A stretch of DNA of 64,000 bases. Origin: Longimicrobiales bacterium (GTDB lineage Bacteria; Gemmatimonadota; Gemmatimonadetes; Longimicrobiales; Gaopeijiaceae). Made by a program: the position numbers and the translations under genes. Shown piece after piece: positions 40,689 through 50,941 of this stretch. Location of the stretch: contig CAXXKM010000001.1 of NCBI GenBank assembly GCA_963664435.2, positions 640,001-704,000 of the forward strand, written 5' to 3'. Positions within the stretch are counted from its first letter, which is position 1, and each line of letters begins with the position of its first letter. The notes beneath the pieces are model-generated. The model saw only the letters and a program-made list of their open reading frames with translations, had not been told where the DNA came from and made no database searches.

Positions 40689-41831
40689 ATGACGAGCAAC
40701 GTGCAGGAAATTATTGCGCATTCCGTTCGCGCCCGCCGGACGGCCTTGGGCATGAGCCAGCGAGAGCTGGCGGAAGCTGTCGGGTTTGGTTCGCACCAGA
40801 TCGTCTCCGAATTGGAACGAGGTCAGCGAGACGTCAAGGCATGGGAACTGGCCAGAATAGCCAATGCCCTTCACACCAGTCTGCCCAAGCTACTCGAGCT
40901 CGAAGGCACCGGCCAAGCCGAAAGGCACGTTTTCTGGCGTTCTCATGGGCCCGACGCGGACCGGTGCCAACACGAAGCAAGACTGCTTGAGCGCTACGAG
41001 CGATTCAGGCGTGTCGAGGAACTGACCAGTGCCCGTTGCGACACGCAGCCACTTCCTCGGTTTTCCGTGAACCAATCGACATCGTTCGGCCAAACGGAAC
41101 AGCTGGCGTCCAATGCGAGACGCAGCATGGACCTTGGGGGACGCCCTGCCATGTCGCTGGCTGAAGTCCTGCAAGAGCGTTTTGGCGTCAAGTTGTTCCT
41201 CGATGACCTGGGTAGCGGAGGGTCAGCTGCGTGTGTGCGGACAGACTCGGACGCGGCGGTTCTGCTAAACCGCCATGAAGCGCCCTGGCGGCAGCGCTAT
41301 AGCCTGGCCCACGAGCTTTTCCACCTGGTAACCTGGGACGCCGTAATGGACGCGTGGCCGCACGGGAACCAACGGACGACATGGCCGGAGCGGGTCGAGA
41401 AGCTGGCAAACGTATTCGCATCCGCTCTGCTCCTCCCCAGTGACGACCTGCGGGCCGAGTTCCAGTCTCGCTTCGAGGGCAGAGAGGCCTCGCATCTCGA
41501 AGTCGTAAACATGGCTCGGGCTTACGGCGTCTCAACCGAAGCGTTGTTGTGGCGTCTCCGAAGTCTCGACTTGATATCGGAGGACGCGGTCCGGAAACGG
41601 CTCGATGACCCGTCGTTTCGCAGGATGGACCGAGCGAGCATGCCGAAGCACTGGACCAAGCCGCCCCCCGATCTTCCAGATCGATTTGTACGGTTGGTAG
41701 CCTTGGCGTACAGGACAGGTAACCTCTCTCGAAGTGTCGCCGCCAAGTACCTGGAGAGGAATCCAGGAGAACTCTACTACCTTGACTGGGACGAAGACGA
41801 TGGCGGGGCGGACGAGACTGGTCTTGCTTGA
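40689..41831 (+). CDS. XRE HTH fused to ImmA/IrrE Zn-metallopeptidase
   Basis: GMSQRELAEAVG..ELERG; RYSLAHELFH (HExxH); E..AN.FASALLLP. Confidence 0.92.
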   Translation: MTSNVQEIIAHSVRARRTALGMSQRELAEAVGFGSHQIVSELERGQRDVKAWELARIANALHTSLPKLLELEGTGQAERHVFWRSHGPDADRCQHEARLLERYERFRRVEELTSARCDTQPLPRFSVNQSTSFGQTEQLASNARRSMDLGGRPAMSLAEVLQERFGVKLFLDDLGSGGSAACVRTDSDAAVLLNRHEAPWRQRYSLAHELFHLVTWDAVMDAWPHGNQRTTWPERVEKLANVFASALLLPSDDLRAEFQSRFEGREASHLEVVNMARAYGVSTEALLWRLRSLDLISEDAVRKRLDDPSFRRMDRASMPKHWTKPPPDLPDRFVRLVALAYRTGNLSRSVAAKYLERNPGELYYLDWDEDDGGADETGLA

Positions 41832-41856
41832 TGCAGGTGCCGTCTTCGCAGCCTAG
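41800..41856 (+). pseudogene. N-terminal remnant of a PIN-like gene
   Basis: MAGRTRLVLLDAGAVFAA*, overlapping the IrrE stop and cut at the tctC-like duplicate. Confidence 0.45.
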
Positions 41857-42013
41857 TTCGTGTGCGCCGCGACCACCGCGTCCGCCGACCCCTCTTAGGC
41901 GATCCTACGGATACCCGGATCTCCTGCCAACGCCCGCAACCGGGCGAAGCCGAGGAAACACTCCGACGCCGCCCCGAACCCCGACACCGACACCTCGTCG
42001 GGCTGAGCGTGAG
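41854..42013 (-). pseudogene. Diverged duplicate of internal tctC segment 39861-40044
   Basis: Alignable by eye in the same orientation, with a 24-bp deletion between gcgccgcg repeats. Confidence 0.88.
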
Positions 42014-42191
42014 TCAGGGAAGACTCTCATTGAGATGGCACACGGCTTGTCCGCGTGACCGAGAACGGGGGTTACGCCAGCCGTCCGCAAGCTCGTCCAG
42101 ACGAGCCCTTCCCAAGAACCGTCGCACATGCCAACGTTAATTCTGGCCACCATCGCGCAGCCAGTTCAAGATCAACAGGGGCGTACCCATC

Positions 42192-43760
42192 ATGCCTCCA
42201 TCACCGAGAGTAACATCCCTCAACATCTTCGCAATTCGCGACAACACCGCTGATGTCTTCAAGGAAGATTATGACAACTATCCGATAACGCTCGACGAGG
42301 AACAGATAGGGACGCTGTATGTCAAGCCGAGCAATCCCGGTCAACCAGAATGGCTAAGAGAGTTCTTCGGGCGAACAGTCGATCCCGGCTCCTTACCGTT
42401 GCTGTTGAACTCGACCAGCGCAGTTGTTCTTCTGGTAACCGTCAGCACGAAGAGATTCGCCGTCGCATTCGGCCATGGACGATATATGCTGAATCCAACA
42501 GCCATCGAACCGAGATTCGGACTCCGAACTGCTCTAAACGGTGTCGATGTCGATCAGGTTCGGTCCATGGACCGAAAGACACTCGACGCGGTATCCATGT
42601 ACACTCGTGAACAGGCGAGTAGGGAATCCAGTTTCAACGCGTTTGACATGAACGTGCAACGTGACCTATTGCGCTCCATCACCGGTAGGATGCTGGACGA
42701 GAATCTTGGGCTTACCGTCACAGGCAAAGATGCATTCCTGGTCAGGTCCCGGGTAACGCTTCACACACTGCTTCCAAAGATCGAAGAGTGGCACCAATTG
42801 AGCCAGCACAATACATATAGGGAACGTTTCCCTTGGATCGATAACATCGCCGAGATCTCTGACAAAACAACAAGAGATCGGTTGGATGATCGCCTCGTGG
42901 ATATGCTCCACAGAGACGATACCGAGAGGATTTGGCTGGCGCCACCTGAGATCATGTCCTGGGACAACGTAGACGGTTTCAAGTTTCGCACACCTAAAGC
43001 TGATGTCGTACCGGAATTGAATCTGCGTTCGTATTTTGAGGACAAGTATAGACCACAAACAGAGGTGACGATCACGCACCTAAGGCGTGATAAGATCTTT
43101 GCACGGTCGAACAAGGATGATGCGGATGTAGACCGCTGGCGTGTGTACCAGTGCATTCATGCAGACATTGATGATGGCAGCGACAGGTTCATCCTGGACG
43201 AGGGCCAATGGTACCGAATTGACCCCGATTACGCCGCCGAGTTAGCTGACTTTCGAGCTAGCTTGCCACCTACCGCGATTAGTCTTCCAGATTACGACGA
43301 CGATGACGAAGCAAAATACAACGACCGCGCTGCCAAGCACTCGCAACTGAGGTTGATGGACAAGGATTTAGTGAAAGGTATCGAAACTGAAGCGCGTAGC
43401 AGGATAGAAGTCTGCGACCTCCTCCATACTGAGGGCGCGTTCATTCACGTTAAACGCTATAGCGGGTCAAGTACCTTGAGTCACCTGTTCTCTCAGGGTG
43501 CCGTGGCAGCGGACAACATGCGATTCAACCCGGAATTCCAAAACAGGGTTGCGGAGAAATACCCTAGCATAATCCTGTCCAATGGCAGGTTTAATGCCGA
43601 TCAGCACGAGATCGCCTATGCAATTATTGCGAAACCGGGCAACGACGACGTCCAACTACCGTTCTTCAGTCTAGTCAACCTGAGACTCTTCACAAACATC
43701 ATACGACGGACAGGCTACAGCAAGATCACGTTGACGATCATCCCGAATCGTCGTGCGTAG
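42192..43760 (+). CDS. TIGR04141/DUF6119-like sporadically distributed protein
   Basis: FAVAFGHGR, FGLRTALN, GQWY, IEVCDLL...IHVKR..SSTLSHLFSQG, LPFFS; lower GC. Confidence 0.8.
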   Translation: MPPSPRVTSLNIFAIRDNTADVFKEDYDNYPITLDEEQIGTLYVKPSNPGQPEWLREFFGRTVDPGSLPLLLNSTSAVVLLVTVSTKRFAVAFGHGRYMLNPTAIEPRFGLRTALNGVDVDQVRSMDRKTLDAVSMYTREQASRESSFNAFDMNVQRDLLRSITGRMLDENLGLTVTGKDAFLVRSRVTLHTLLPKIEEWHQLSQHNTYRERFPWIDNIAEISDKTTRDRLDDRLVDMLHRDDTERIWLAPPEIMSWDNVDGFKFRTPKADVVPELNLRSYFEDKYRPQTEVTITHLRRDKIFARSNKDDADVDRWRVYQCIHADIDDGSDRFILDEGQWYRIDPDYAAELADFRASLPPTAISLPDYDDDDEAKYNDRAAKHSQLRLMDKDLVKGIETEARSRIEVCDLLHTEGAFIHVKRYSGSSTLSHLFSQGAVAADNMRFNPEFQNRVAEKYPSIILSNGRFNADQHEIAYAIIAKPGNDDVQLPFFSLVNLRLFTNIIRRTGYSKITLTIIPNRRA

Positions 43761-43956
43761 TTGCGGAAACCTCTGTCGCATCATCGCGGCAAGTGGCGCA
43801 GATTCACCCAGGCATGGGTGACGGGGGTGATCAGCTCCCGAGGCGCAGAGTGCCTGGGAATGACCTATGGAGCACCTCACGCGACCGGCAACGATTGTTG
43901 AGTAAGCCGTTGGAACTGACCCCGATCCGGGCACCGCGGGGATCCGCCACCGCTCG

Positions 43957-46900
43957 TCACGACGGCTCCCCCGCCCGCGCCAGCAAGTCTGCGAAGTTGT
44001 ACAGAACGCCGGTCGCGCCAAAATCCGGCTCTCGCCGGAAGGGGTGTCGTAGGTAGTGGACCCGGTGTCCACCCTTCTCCAGGAACTCCACGATTGCCAG
44101 GATGTAGTCATCTGGCTTGTTGAGGGAAAACAGAATCTCGTTTCGGGTGACCGTGATCGTCGGTGCCCCCTCCACCCGGCCCTTCACCTCAATGAACCGA
44201 AGCCGACCCGTTTCGGGGACCCGGCTCTCAATGTCGTACCCCAGCTTCTCGAACTCCCGGTCCGTGGGATCGAACCCCATACCGCGCTCGACATCCATGA
44301 TGATTTCTCGGGCGCGAGCCGCGATGGCCTGCGTATCGGTGACTGCAGCCGTCTTCTTCTCTTGCCGCCCGGCGATCCTGTCCAATAGCCCCTTGGGCAC
44401 GACCAGCATTCCGCCCAGCACGACCGGTGGCCCGGCTGAGATCCGCCGCGCCAGAGCCAGCTCTTCGAGCCGTTCCTGCAACCTGGCCTGCAACTGGTCG
44501 GCGCGCTTCGCCGCCTCACGTGAATTGAGCCGCGCGTTCGGGTGACCCGCCTTCTCGCGGAGCTTCAAGTCCTCGGCACGGTGGTCCCAGTAGGAGATTT
44601 CCTTCGTGAGCCGATCCTTGACTGCCGCCTCGGTCTTGTCGATGGCCGACATCCTGGCATCTCGAATCTCCCTCAAGTGCTCTGGCACCACATGCGCAGC
44701 AGCATACGCCTCGGCCTGACCCTCAAGCTCCTGGTTGATCCAGGCACAATCGGGGAGGCCGAGGATGTCGTCGGGCCAGGGTTCGTCCGGGGCGAGCGGC
44801 CGGAAGTCGAGGTATGGAGCGTACCGCACGTGGCCCCGCGCACCTTCCGGGCCAAAGTCGAGGTAGATCATCTGCTTTGAGATGATCCGCTCCTCACCCG
44901 CTGGCGTCGGTCGGCCGTCGTGAACCGAGTGCTCAAGGTAAAGGAGGACACGCGCTTCCACGCCGTGGTCGCTTTCGTCGACCAACACTGCACCACGCTT
45001 CAAGAGGGTGCGGTTCCGCTCCAGAGTCAGATCGAGCACGGCGTCGAGTAGCGGGTGACCCGGACAGACGAAGGCGGCTTGCGCCTGTCCGCGCGGTGCC
45101 ACCAGAGCCTTCTCGAACGCGATGCGCTCGTAGCGGACGGATACAGGCTCGCGCGCGCCCATGTCCCTGGCACGCTTTCGCACAGCAGCGGGCACCCGCG
45201 AGATCTGATACCGGCGCGGCTCGCGCTGCCTGGCCGAACCACCCAGTTGCTTGAACGCCGCCAAGAAGAACGATTCGATGAAATGGGGCTGCAGGCGTCT
45301 CGCGTCTGCACGTTCCATCTCTTCTCGGACCGCGTGCAGGCGGCTGGTGTCCATCGAGTCCTTGGCCAAAGCGTGCTCATACATGAGCCCACGCAACCGG
45401 TCCCGATCCAGCGCCTGGGAGACCACGGTGTTGAGATGGGCCCGCACCTCCGGCCTCTCCCCAAAGCGAATCGCCCTGACCAGGAGGTCCTTCAGGGACC
45501 GTCCCTCGAACTGGACCTGTCCGAGCACATCGAAGACCTGCCCGCCCAGAGCTTGCCGCTCGGTCTCCAGCTTGTCAAGCAGCGTGCGGTAGACCTTGCC
45601 TTCCCGCGTGTCTTCGGCGAGGAGATTCCACAGGTGACAGACTTCGGTCTGACCGATGCGATGGATGCGTCCGAAGCGCTGCTCCAGCCGATTAGGGTTC
45701 CACGGCAGATCGTAGTTCACCATCAGATGGGCGCGCTGCAGGTTGATCCCCTCGCCAGCCGCATCGGTGGCGAGCAGCACCCTGACCTTGGGATTGTGGC
45801 GGAAGGCTTCTTGCGCCTCCAGCCGGTTGGGCCGGTTCAGCCCTCCGTGAATGACAACCACGGCCTCGGGTCGCCCGATCAACGTGGTGATCCGGTCGTT
45901 CAGGTAGTTGAGCGTGTCCTTGTGTTCGGTGAAGATGACGAGCTTCTGACCCGGCGAAGGCTTGGGTGGCGGGACATCGCCCGCTCCGTAACGAACTGCG
46001 GGCTCGTTGATCCGGGACGCGAGAGCCGCCGGGGTGAAGATCTTGCCAAGAAGGCCAGCCAACTCCCGCCACTTGGTGTCGTCGCTGCGGTTCAGGACCT
46101 GTCGAGCAAGCTGCTCAAGCCCATGCAGCGTGTCTATTTCCGCCCGAAGTTCATCGATTGACCTGGCGGCCGTGGCCCGATCCATCACCTCGGCTTCGGT
46201 GGCTTCGAATTCGCCCTCGGGAGCATCTTCCAGATCTTCGAGGTCTTCCAAGTCCAGTTCGGGAGCGCCGAACACCGGCGGGTAGCCAGTTGTCGCATCC
46301 CGGAGCTGTTCCAATTCCTTCAGCCGGTCCTGGAGGCGATGCCGGCGCCTTAGCAGCGATTGGTAGATTGCCTGGGGCGATGAGGCGAGTCGGCGCTGGA
46401 GGATCGTCAGGGCGAACCCGACGGTTGTGCGCTTCTTTCCGTCGAGCCTCTCGGCACGATCGAACTCCCGTTGTACGTAATGAGTGACCGCGTCGTACAG
46501 AGAAGCCTCGGCGGACGAGAGCTTGTAAGGGACCGTGTAGGCCCGGCGCACCGGGAAAAGCGGAGTGCCGTCGAACTTCAGCAACTCTTCCTTCACCATG
46601 CGGCGCATCAGATCCGAGGTATCGGTGCGGTGAACGCCGGTGCGGAAACGGCCCTCGAACCGATCGCCGTCCAGCAACGCCATGAAGAGTTGGAAATCGT
46701 CCTCCTTGCCGTTGTGCGGCGTCGCCGTCATGAGGAGGAAGTGGCGGGTCAGGCGGCCGAGGAGCTGTCCCAAGTGGTATCGCTTCGTGTACTTGACCTT
46801 CCTACCGAAATAGGTCGCCGACATCTTGTGCGCTTCGTCGCACACGATCAGATCCCAGCGGCAATCCGGCGCTTTCAACAACTCCTGGACCTCTTCGTTA

Positions 46901-47526
46901 CGGGACAGCATATCCAGGCGCGCGATCACCAAATCGTTCTTCTCAAACCAGTTCTCCGGCCGCGCCGCTTGTAGTGCCTCGCTGGTGTAGAGCGCAAAGG
47001 CAAGATGGAAGCGCGTCTCAAGTTCCTCCTGCCACTGCTCGGCCAGGCTGCCGGGACAGACGACCAGACAGCGCTCGAGGTCTCCGCGGGCGATCAACTC
47101 CTTCATGAGCAGCCCCGCCATGATCGTTTTCCCGCTCCCGGGATCGTCGGCGAGCAGGAAGCGGAGGGGCTGGCGGGGCAGCATCGACTCATAGACGGCC
47201 GTGATCTGATGGGGAAGAGGCTCGACCAGGGACGTATGGACTGCGAGGAGGGGATCGAAAAGGTGAGCGAGGCGGATGCGCTGGGCTTCGGAGACGAGGC
47301 GGAAAAGAGCACCGTCGGCGTCGAAGGCCCACGGGCGGGCGTGAGCGCTGGCTTCGAGGCTGGTTTCGTCGCTCCGGTACAGGATCTTGGTGTTGACCGC
47401 ATCCGAGAGGGTCCGATAGGTGACCTGAACGGCCTGTGATCCCAACCACTTCGTGGCCAAGATCGTCACGGGTCCTTCCGGGTCAATACCCTCTACTGCA
47501 GCGTGCTGAAGGTTTTCGAGCTTCAC
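43957..47526 (-). CDS. SNF2 helicase with C-terminal DUF3883 nuclease-like domain
   Basis: LADDPGSGKT, DEAH, TATPH, EQRFGRIHRIGQ, GYDIES..FIEVKG. Confidence 0.93.
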   Translation of the reverse strand: MKLENLQHAAVEGIDPEGPVTILATKWLGSQAVQVTYRTLSDAVNTKILYRSDETSLEASAHARPWAFDADGALFRLVSEAQRIRLAHLFDPLLAVHTSLVEPLPHQITAVYESMLPRQPLRFLLADDPGSGKTIMAGLLMKELIARGDLERCLVVCPGSLAEQWQEELETRFHLAFALYTSEALQAARPENWFEKNDLVIARLDMLSRNEEVQELLKAPDCRWDLIVCDEAHKMSATYFGRKVKYTKRYHLGQLLGRLTRHFLLMTATPHNGKEDDFQLFMALLDGDRFEGRFRTGVHRTDTSDLMRRMVKEELLKFDGTPLFPVRRAYTVPYKLSSAEASLYDAVTHYVQREFDRAERLDGKKRTTVGFALTILQRRLASSPQAIYQSLLRRRHRLQDRLKELEQLRDATTGYPPVFGAPELDLEDLEDLEDAPEGEFEATEAEVMDRATAARSIDELRAEIDTLHGLEQLARQVLNRSDDTKWRELAGLLGKIFTPAALASRINEPAVRYGAGDVPPPKPSPGQKLVIFTEHKDTLNYLNDRITTLIGRPEAVVVIHGGLNRPNRLEAQEAFRHNPKVRVLLATDAAGEGINLQRAHLMVNYDLPWNPNRLEQRFGRIHRIGQTEVCHLWNLLAEDTREGKVYRTLLDKLETERQALGGQVFDVLGQVQFEGRSLKDLLVRAIRFGERPEVRAHLNTVVSQALDRDRLRGLMYEHALAKDSMDTSRLHAVREEMERADARRLQPHFIESFFLAAFKQLGGSARQREPRRYQISRVPAAVRKRARDMGAREPVSVRYERIAFEKALVAPRGQAQAAFVCPGHPLLDAVLDLTLERNRTLLKRGAVLVDESDHGVEARVLLYLEHSVHDGRPTPAGEERIISKQMIYLDFGPEGARGHVRYAPYLDFRPLAPDEPWPDDILGLPDCAWINQELEGQAEAYAAAHVVPEHLREIRDARMSAIDKTEAAVKDRLTKEISYWDHRAEDLKLREKAGHPNARLNSREAAKRADQLQARLQERLEELALARRISAGPPVVLGGMLVVPKGLLDRIAGRQEKKTAAVTDTQAIAARAREIIMDVERGMGFDPTDREFEKLGYDIESRVPETGRLRFIEVKGRVEGAPTITVTRNEILFSLNKPDDYILAIVEFLEKGGHRVHYLRHPFRREPDFGATGVLYNFADLLARAGEPS

Positions 47527-47550
47527 AGGGTTAGCATCCGCCTCGGTCTT

Positions 47551-49944
47551 TCAGGCTGCCATTCGCCAACCCGAGCTGATGCGACCGGTCCTCGTCCGCT
47601 CGCTCGATCCACCAAACTGGATGCGCCCAGCGCGGAACCTCCCGTAGCGGGTGTATACCGCCATGCCGGGGCCGATGGCTGCCTGCGCGAGGTCTACGGG
47701 GGCGATGTTGCCGGACTGGAGGAGGTAGAGGGCTTGCGGGAGTTCGGAGCGGAGGGCGGTGAGGAATTCGCGGCGGGTGGCGAGTGGGGCGTTGGCGGGC
47801 CGGCGGCGGCAGACGAGGACGATGCTGGAGGCGAGGGCGTTGGTGCCTCTGCTGATCATGCGATTCGCGAGCTCGGTTCGGATCGGCCAAGTGCCGGTGA
47901 TTGCGAAGCCCGAGCCGATCGCAGCATCCAAGAAGGTCTCCCAGCCGGTGCTTGAAGTCCCTGAGTTGCCCCTCGTCTCTACTTGCTTGAAGGCGTAGTA
48001 GACGGTGATCGGGAATACAGGGTGCGCCTGTTCTGCAAGCCGACTAAGCGCTCGCCTCATGCCAGTGAGGAAGTAGTCCTCAGCGGCGTCCTTTGACCCG
48101 TGTCTGTACGGTGTCGCAACGAGTTCTTCCGCTTTCGGAACCGCTAGCGTGCCGAACAGGTGCGGAAACACGGGTTTCAGGGTGCGTCGTAGCCAAACAT
48201 AGAAGAAGTCCGAGAGATCGGCGTATCCAACGTTGTCGTAGTATGGGGGGTCAGTCGAAACAACTGGCGCGTCACGCCACACTTCATCCTGGGCCGCGGC
48301 TTGGTAGGCTCGACCGAGTCTGCCTGGATACAGCCGGTCCAGGACTCGCATCATATTATTGAGCGAGGTGAGAAGGTCTCCGGCCATACCTCCGAAGACA
48401 TTGGCCTCAGAATAGTCCCAGACCATCGGCAGGGCCTGTCGACCAAAGGTGCCAATCGACTGATTCATCGTACTCTTCCACCGACATAGCGACGATTGAG
48501 CATCGGACAGCTTGCTGACGCCCAACGCCAGATACAGGGCCACAGCCTCGGCGTACGCGCGCGCGCCTGTGCCGCCGTTGCGCAGGGGCAGGTCGTCGTC
48601 AGGAAGGCCTGCGGCTACCGCGTCCCGCCGGATCTGCTGGGTTGCTTCGCCGACGAGATCGGAAAAGGTGGTCAGGGCGACGAGCTGACGCGGCGTGAAG
48701 AGGTCCCGCCACCGAAGCATTCCATATTGCTGAACCCGGAATCCAAGTGCCCGATCCGGCAGGCGCGCCTCTGGTACTCGTTGTGGCTGAGCGCTTCGGG
48801 CGATTACGTCCATTTCCCGTGTTGGCGCCAAGTAGACCCGGCCACGATCACCCTGCGCCACGATGGACATTAGCCGGCTACCCATTCGACCCGCTTTGGC
48901 CTCATCCCTGAGGTACGCGAATGGCATAGGTGCTCCAGACATCATGCACAGGAACTGACTGCCGCTACCGCCGGACTTGGTCCCTCTCCTGCGTAGGGCG
49001 AGATCAGGCGGAGGCCCCGATTTGACCCGGAACCGATACCTCCGTCCCTCAATCACCGGCTCGATATACGCCTCCTTGCCCTTCTTGGTCGACAGCATCC
49101 ATGTGGAAGCAAGCGGAACCTCGACATCAACGAACGCCGGGTTCGGGCTACGCACGGTGCGCGCCCAAAGCCACGCAATCACTGTCAGATTCCGCCCTAG
49201 GTACGGCTTCAGATCCGACCGCTCATTGACCATCTCCGGGGTCACTTCAACCTGCGGGTACAGGTGACCGATCCGGCGTTGGGCCTGGTCGCGCATCCAC
49301 TGCCCGTAGTGCCGGACATCCTCGGCCAGCCCACGGCCGCCTTCCCACTGTCGCTCAACCAGCTCGGCCGCGGATAGCGCCTCCTGGTTGACCGGGGGGG
49401 TGCCGGCGAATCTCGGAGGAATCTCGATCATCGCCTTGCAGATCAGGACCGCCACAGGGTTGAGGTCGCTGGCGTATGCCTCCAACCCGAGCCGTTGCGC
49501 CTCCAGCGGGAGGGCCCCTCCTCCGGCGAAGGGATCGTGGAAGGCCGGCAACTGATCCGGGTTGAACAACTCTTGGGCGCGGGGGTGGCCAGCGTTGGCC
49601 CGGCAAGTTCGCTGCCAGCTCCTATGAATCTCATGGCGTGCCCGGGCGAGCAGATCCTCGTTCGTCGTGTTCTCCCACCGCACCAGCCGCTCCAGAATCC
49701 CGAATAGCCGATCCCGTTCGCGCTCTTGAGACTCCTTGGTGGGGAACCGCTCCGGGTCCGCAGACGGATCGTCCACCATCTGGGCGAAGATGACCGCCCG
49801 CGCGGCGGCCAAAGGTCGTCGCGCCCACCACAGGTGCAACGTGCTGGGATGACCGTGCCGGATGGACTTCTCCCGTCTTGACGCTGAGTTGATTGCGTCG
49901 AGGGGCAGAGCTACCTCAATGAGCTTTTTTCGGGACACCGTCAT
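47551..49944 (-). CDS. DUF1156 adenine MTase copy A, C-terminally truncated
   Basis: [30 protein letters not shown]; homology to copy B stops at YTRYG, followed by an unrelated 29-aa tail. Confidence 0.92.
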   Translation of the reverse strand: MTVSRKKLIEVALPLDAINSASRREKSIRHGHPSTLHLWWARRPLAAARAVIFAQMVDDPSADPERFPTKESQERERDRLFGILERLVRWENTTNEDLLARARHEIHRSWQRTCRANAGHPRAQELFNPDQLPAFHDPFAGGGALPLEAQRLGLEAYASDLNPVAVLICKAMIEIPPRFAGTPPVNQEALSAAELVERQWEGGRGLAEDVRHYGQWMRDQAQRRIGHLYPQVEVTPEMVNERSDLKPYLGRNLTVIAWLWARTVRSPNPAFVDVEVPLASTWMLSTKKGKEAYIEPVIEGRRYRFRVKSGPPPDLALRRRGTKSGGSGSQFLCMMSGAPMPFAYLRDEAKAGRMGSRLMSIVAQGDRGRVYLAPTREMDVIARSAQPQRVPEARLPDRALGFRVQQYGMLRWRDLFTPRQLVALTTFSDLVGEATQQIRRDAVAAGLPDDDLPLRNGGTGARAYAEAVALYLALGVSKLSDAQSSLCRWKSTMNQSIGTFGRQALPMVWDYSEANVFGGMAGDLLTSLNNMMRVLDRLYPGRLGRAYQAAAQDEVWRDAPVVSTDPPYYDNVGYADLSDFFYVWLRRTLKPVFPHLFGTLAVPKAEELVATPYRHGSKDAAEDYFLTGMRRALSRLAEQAHPVFPITVYYAFKQVETRGNSGTSSTGWETFLDAAIGSGFAITGTWPIRTELANRMISRGTNALASSIVLVCRRRPANAPLATRREFLTALRSELPQALYLLQSGNIAPVDLAQAAIGPGMAVYTRYGRFRAGRIQFGGSSERTRTGRISSGWRMAA
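47640..47664 (-). repeat. Outer inverted repeat, left copy (25 bp)
   Basis: Reverse complement atggcggtatacacccgctacggga equals 54342-54366. Confidence 0.95.
48611..48660 (-). repeat. Inner inverted repeat, left copy (50 bp)
   Basis: Perfect reverse complement of 53349-53398. Confidence 0.95.
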
Positions 49945-50047
49945 CAGCGCGTCCGATCCTTATCGAAGAGTCTCGCCAATACCGCGGACGGCGCGTCCGC
50001 GACCTGCGCGCATGCTCCGCCCGCAACACATCGAAGGGAGGAGCACC

Positions 50048-50938
50048 ATGCCCACCACCAGTTTCAGCGGCGGATCAACCGCCCCCAAGCCGATCCCTTT
50101 CGAGACGGTCGCGGAGAAAGCCGTCCGAAGGTACGGGCGCATGTGGAAGCCCGCTACCCTAAAGGTCAACCAGGTCTACTTGCGAAACCAGATCATGCCG
50201 TGGTTCCGAGGGCGGCCAATCGCCGACATCACGCGCGCCGAGGTCCGCCAGTGGTTCGGTACTCTACACGCCACCCCGGCCGCGGCAAACCGCTCCCTTC
50301 CGATTCTCTCCATCATCATGCGGCAGGCGGAGATCTACGGCTATCGGCCGGCAAAGAGCAATCCCTGCAGGCGGATCCGGCGCTACCCGGAGCGGAGGAG
50401 GGAGCGCTTTCTGAACCCCGGTGAGATTCGCCGCCTGGGCCGGGTACTGGCGGACACATCCATGAGAGCGCCCCTCCAGGTGGCCATCGTCCGGCTTCTC
50501 ATGCTGACGGGCTGCAGGCAGAGCGAAATCCGCACGCTGAACTGGGGTGACTATCGCGGAGGCCACCTCTTTCTGCGGGATAGCAAGACCGGTCCCAGAA
50601 CGGTGTGGCTCTCTTCGTCGGCTCGGCGCGTGCTCGACGGATTGCACCGTACGGCCAGCTGTGTCTTTCCCGCTGTCGGCCGTCCCGGATCGATGTCCAC
50701 GGAAACGCTCTACGGGTCATGGCGACGGATTCGCACCGAGGCCGACCTCAGCAGGCTTCGTCTGCACGACCTCCGTCATACCTACGCAAGCTTCGCGCTG
50801 CGGGGCGGCGAATCGGTGGTCATGATTGGCCGATTGCTGGGGCACCGGGATCCCGACACCACCCTCAAGTACACGCACTTCGGGGACGCGATGCTCAGAC
50901 AGGCGGTCGAGAGCGTCGCCACGGTAGTCGGGGAATGA
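50048..50938 (+). CDS. Tyrosine recombinase 1
   Basis: TGCR, SKTG, HDLRH, LLGH, KY; GGAGGAG RBS. Confidence 0.93.
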   Translation: MPTTSFSGGSTAPKPIPFETVAEKAVRRYGRMWKPATLKVNQVYLRNQIMPWFRGRPIADITRAEVRQWFGTLHATPAAANRSLPILSIIMRQAEIYGYRPAKSNPCRRIRRYPERRRERFLNPGEIRRLGRVLADTSMRAPLQVAIVRLLMLTGCRQSEIRTLNWGDYRGGHLFLRDSKTGPRTVWLSSSARRVLDGLHRTASCVFPAVGRPGSMSTETLYGSWRRIRTEADLSRLRLHDLRHTYASFALRGGESVVMIGRLLGHRDPDTTLKYTHFGDAMLRQAVESVATVVGE

Positions 50939-50941
50939 CCG

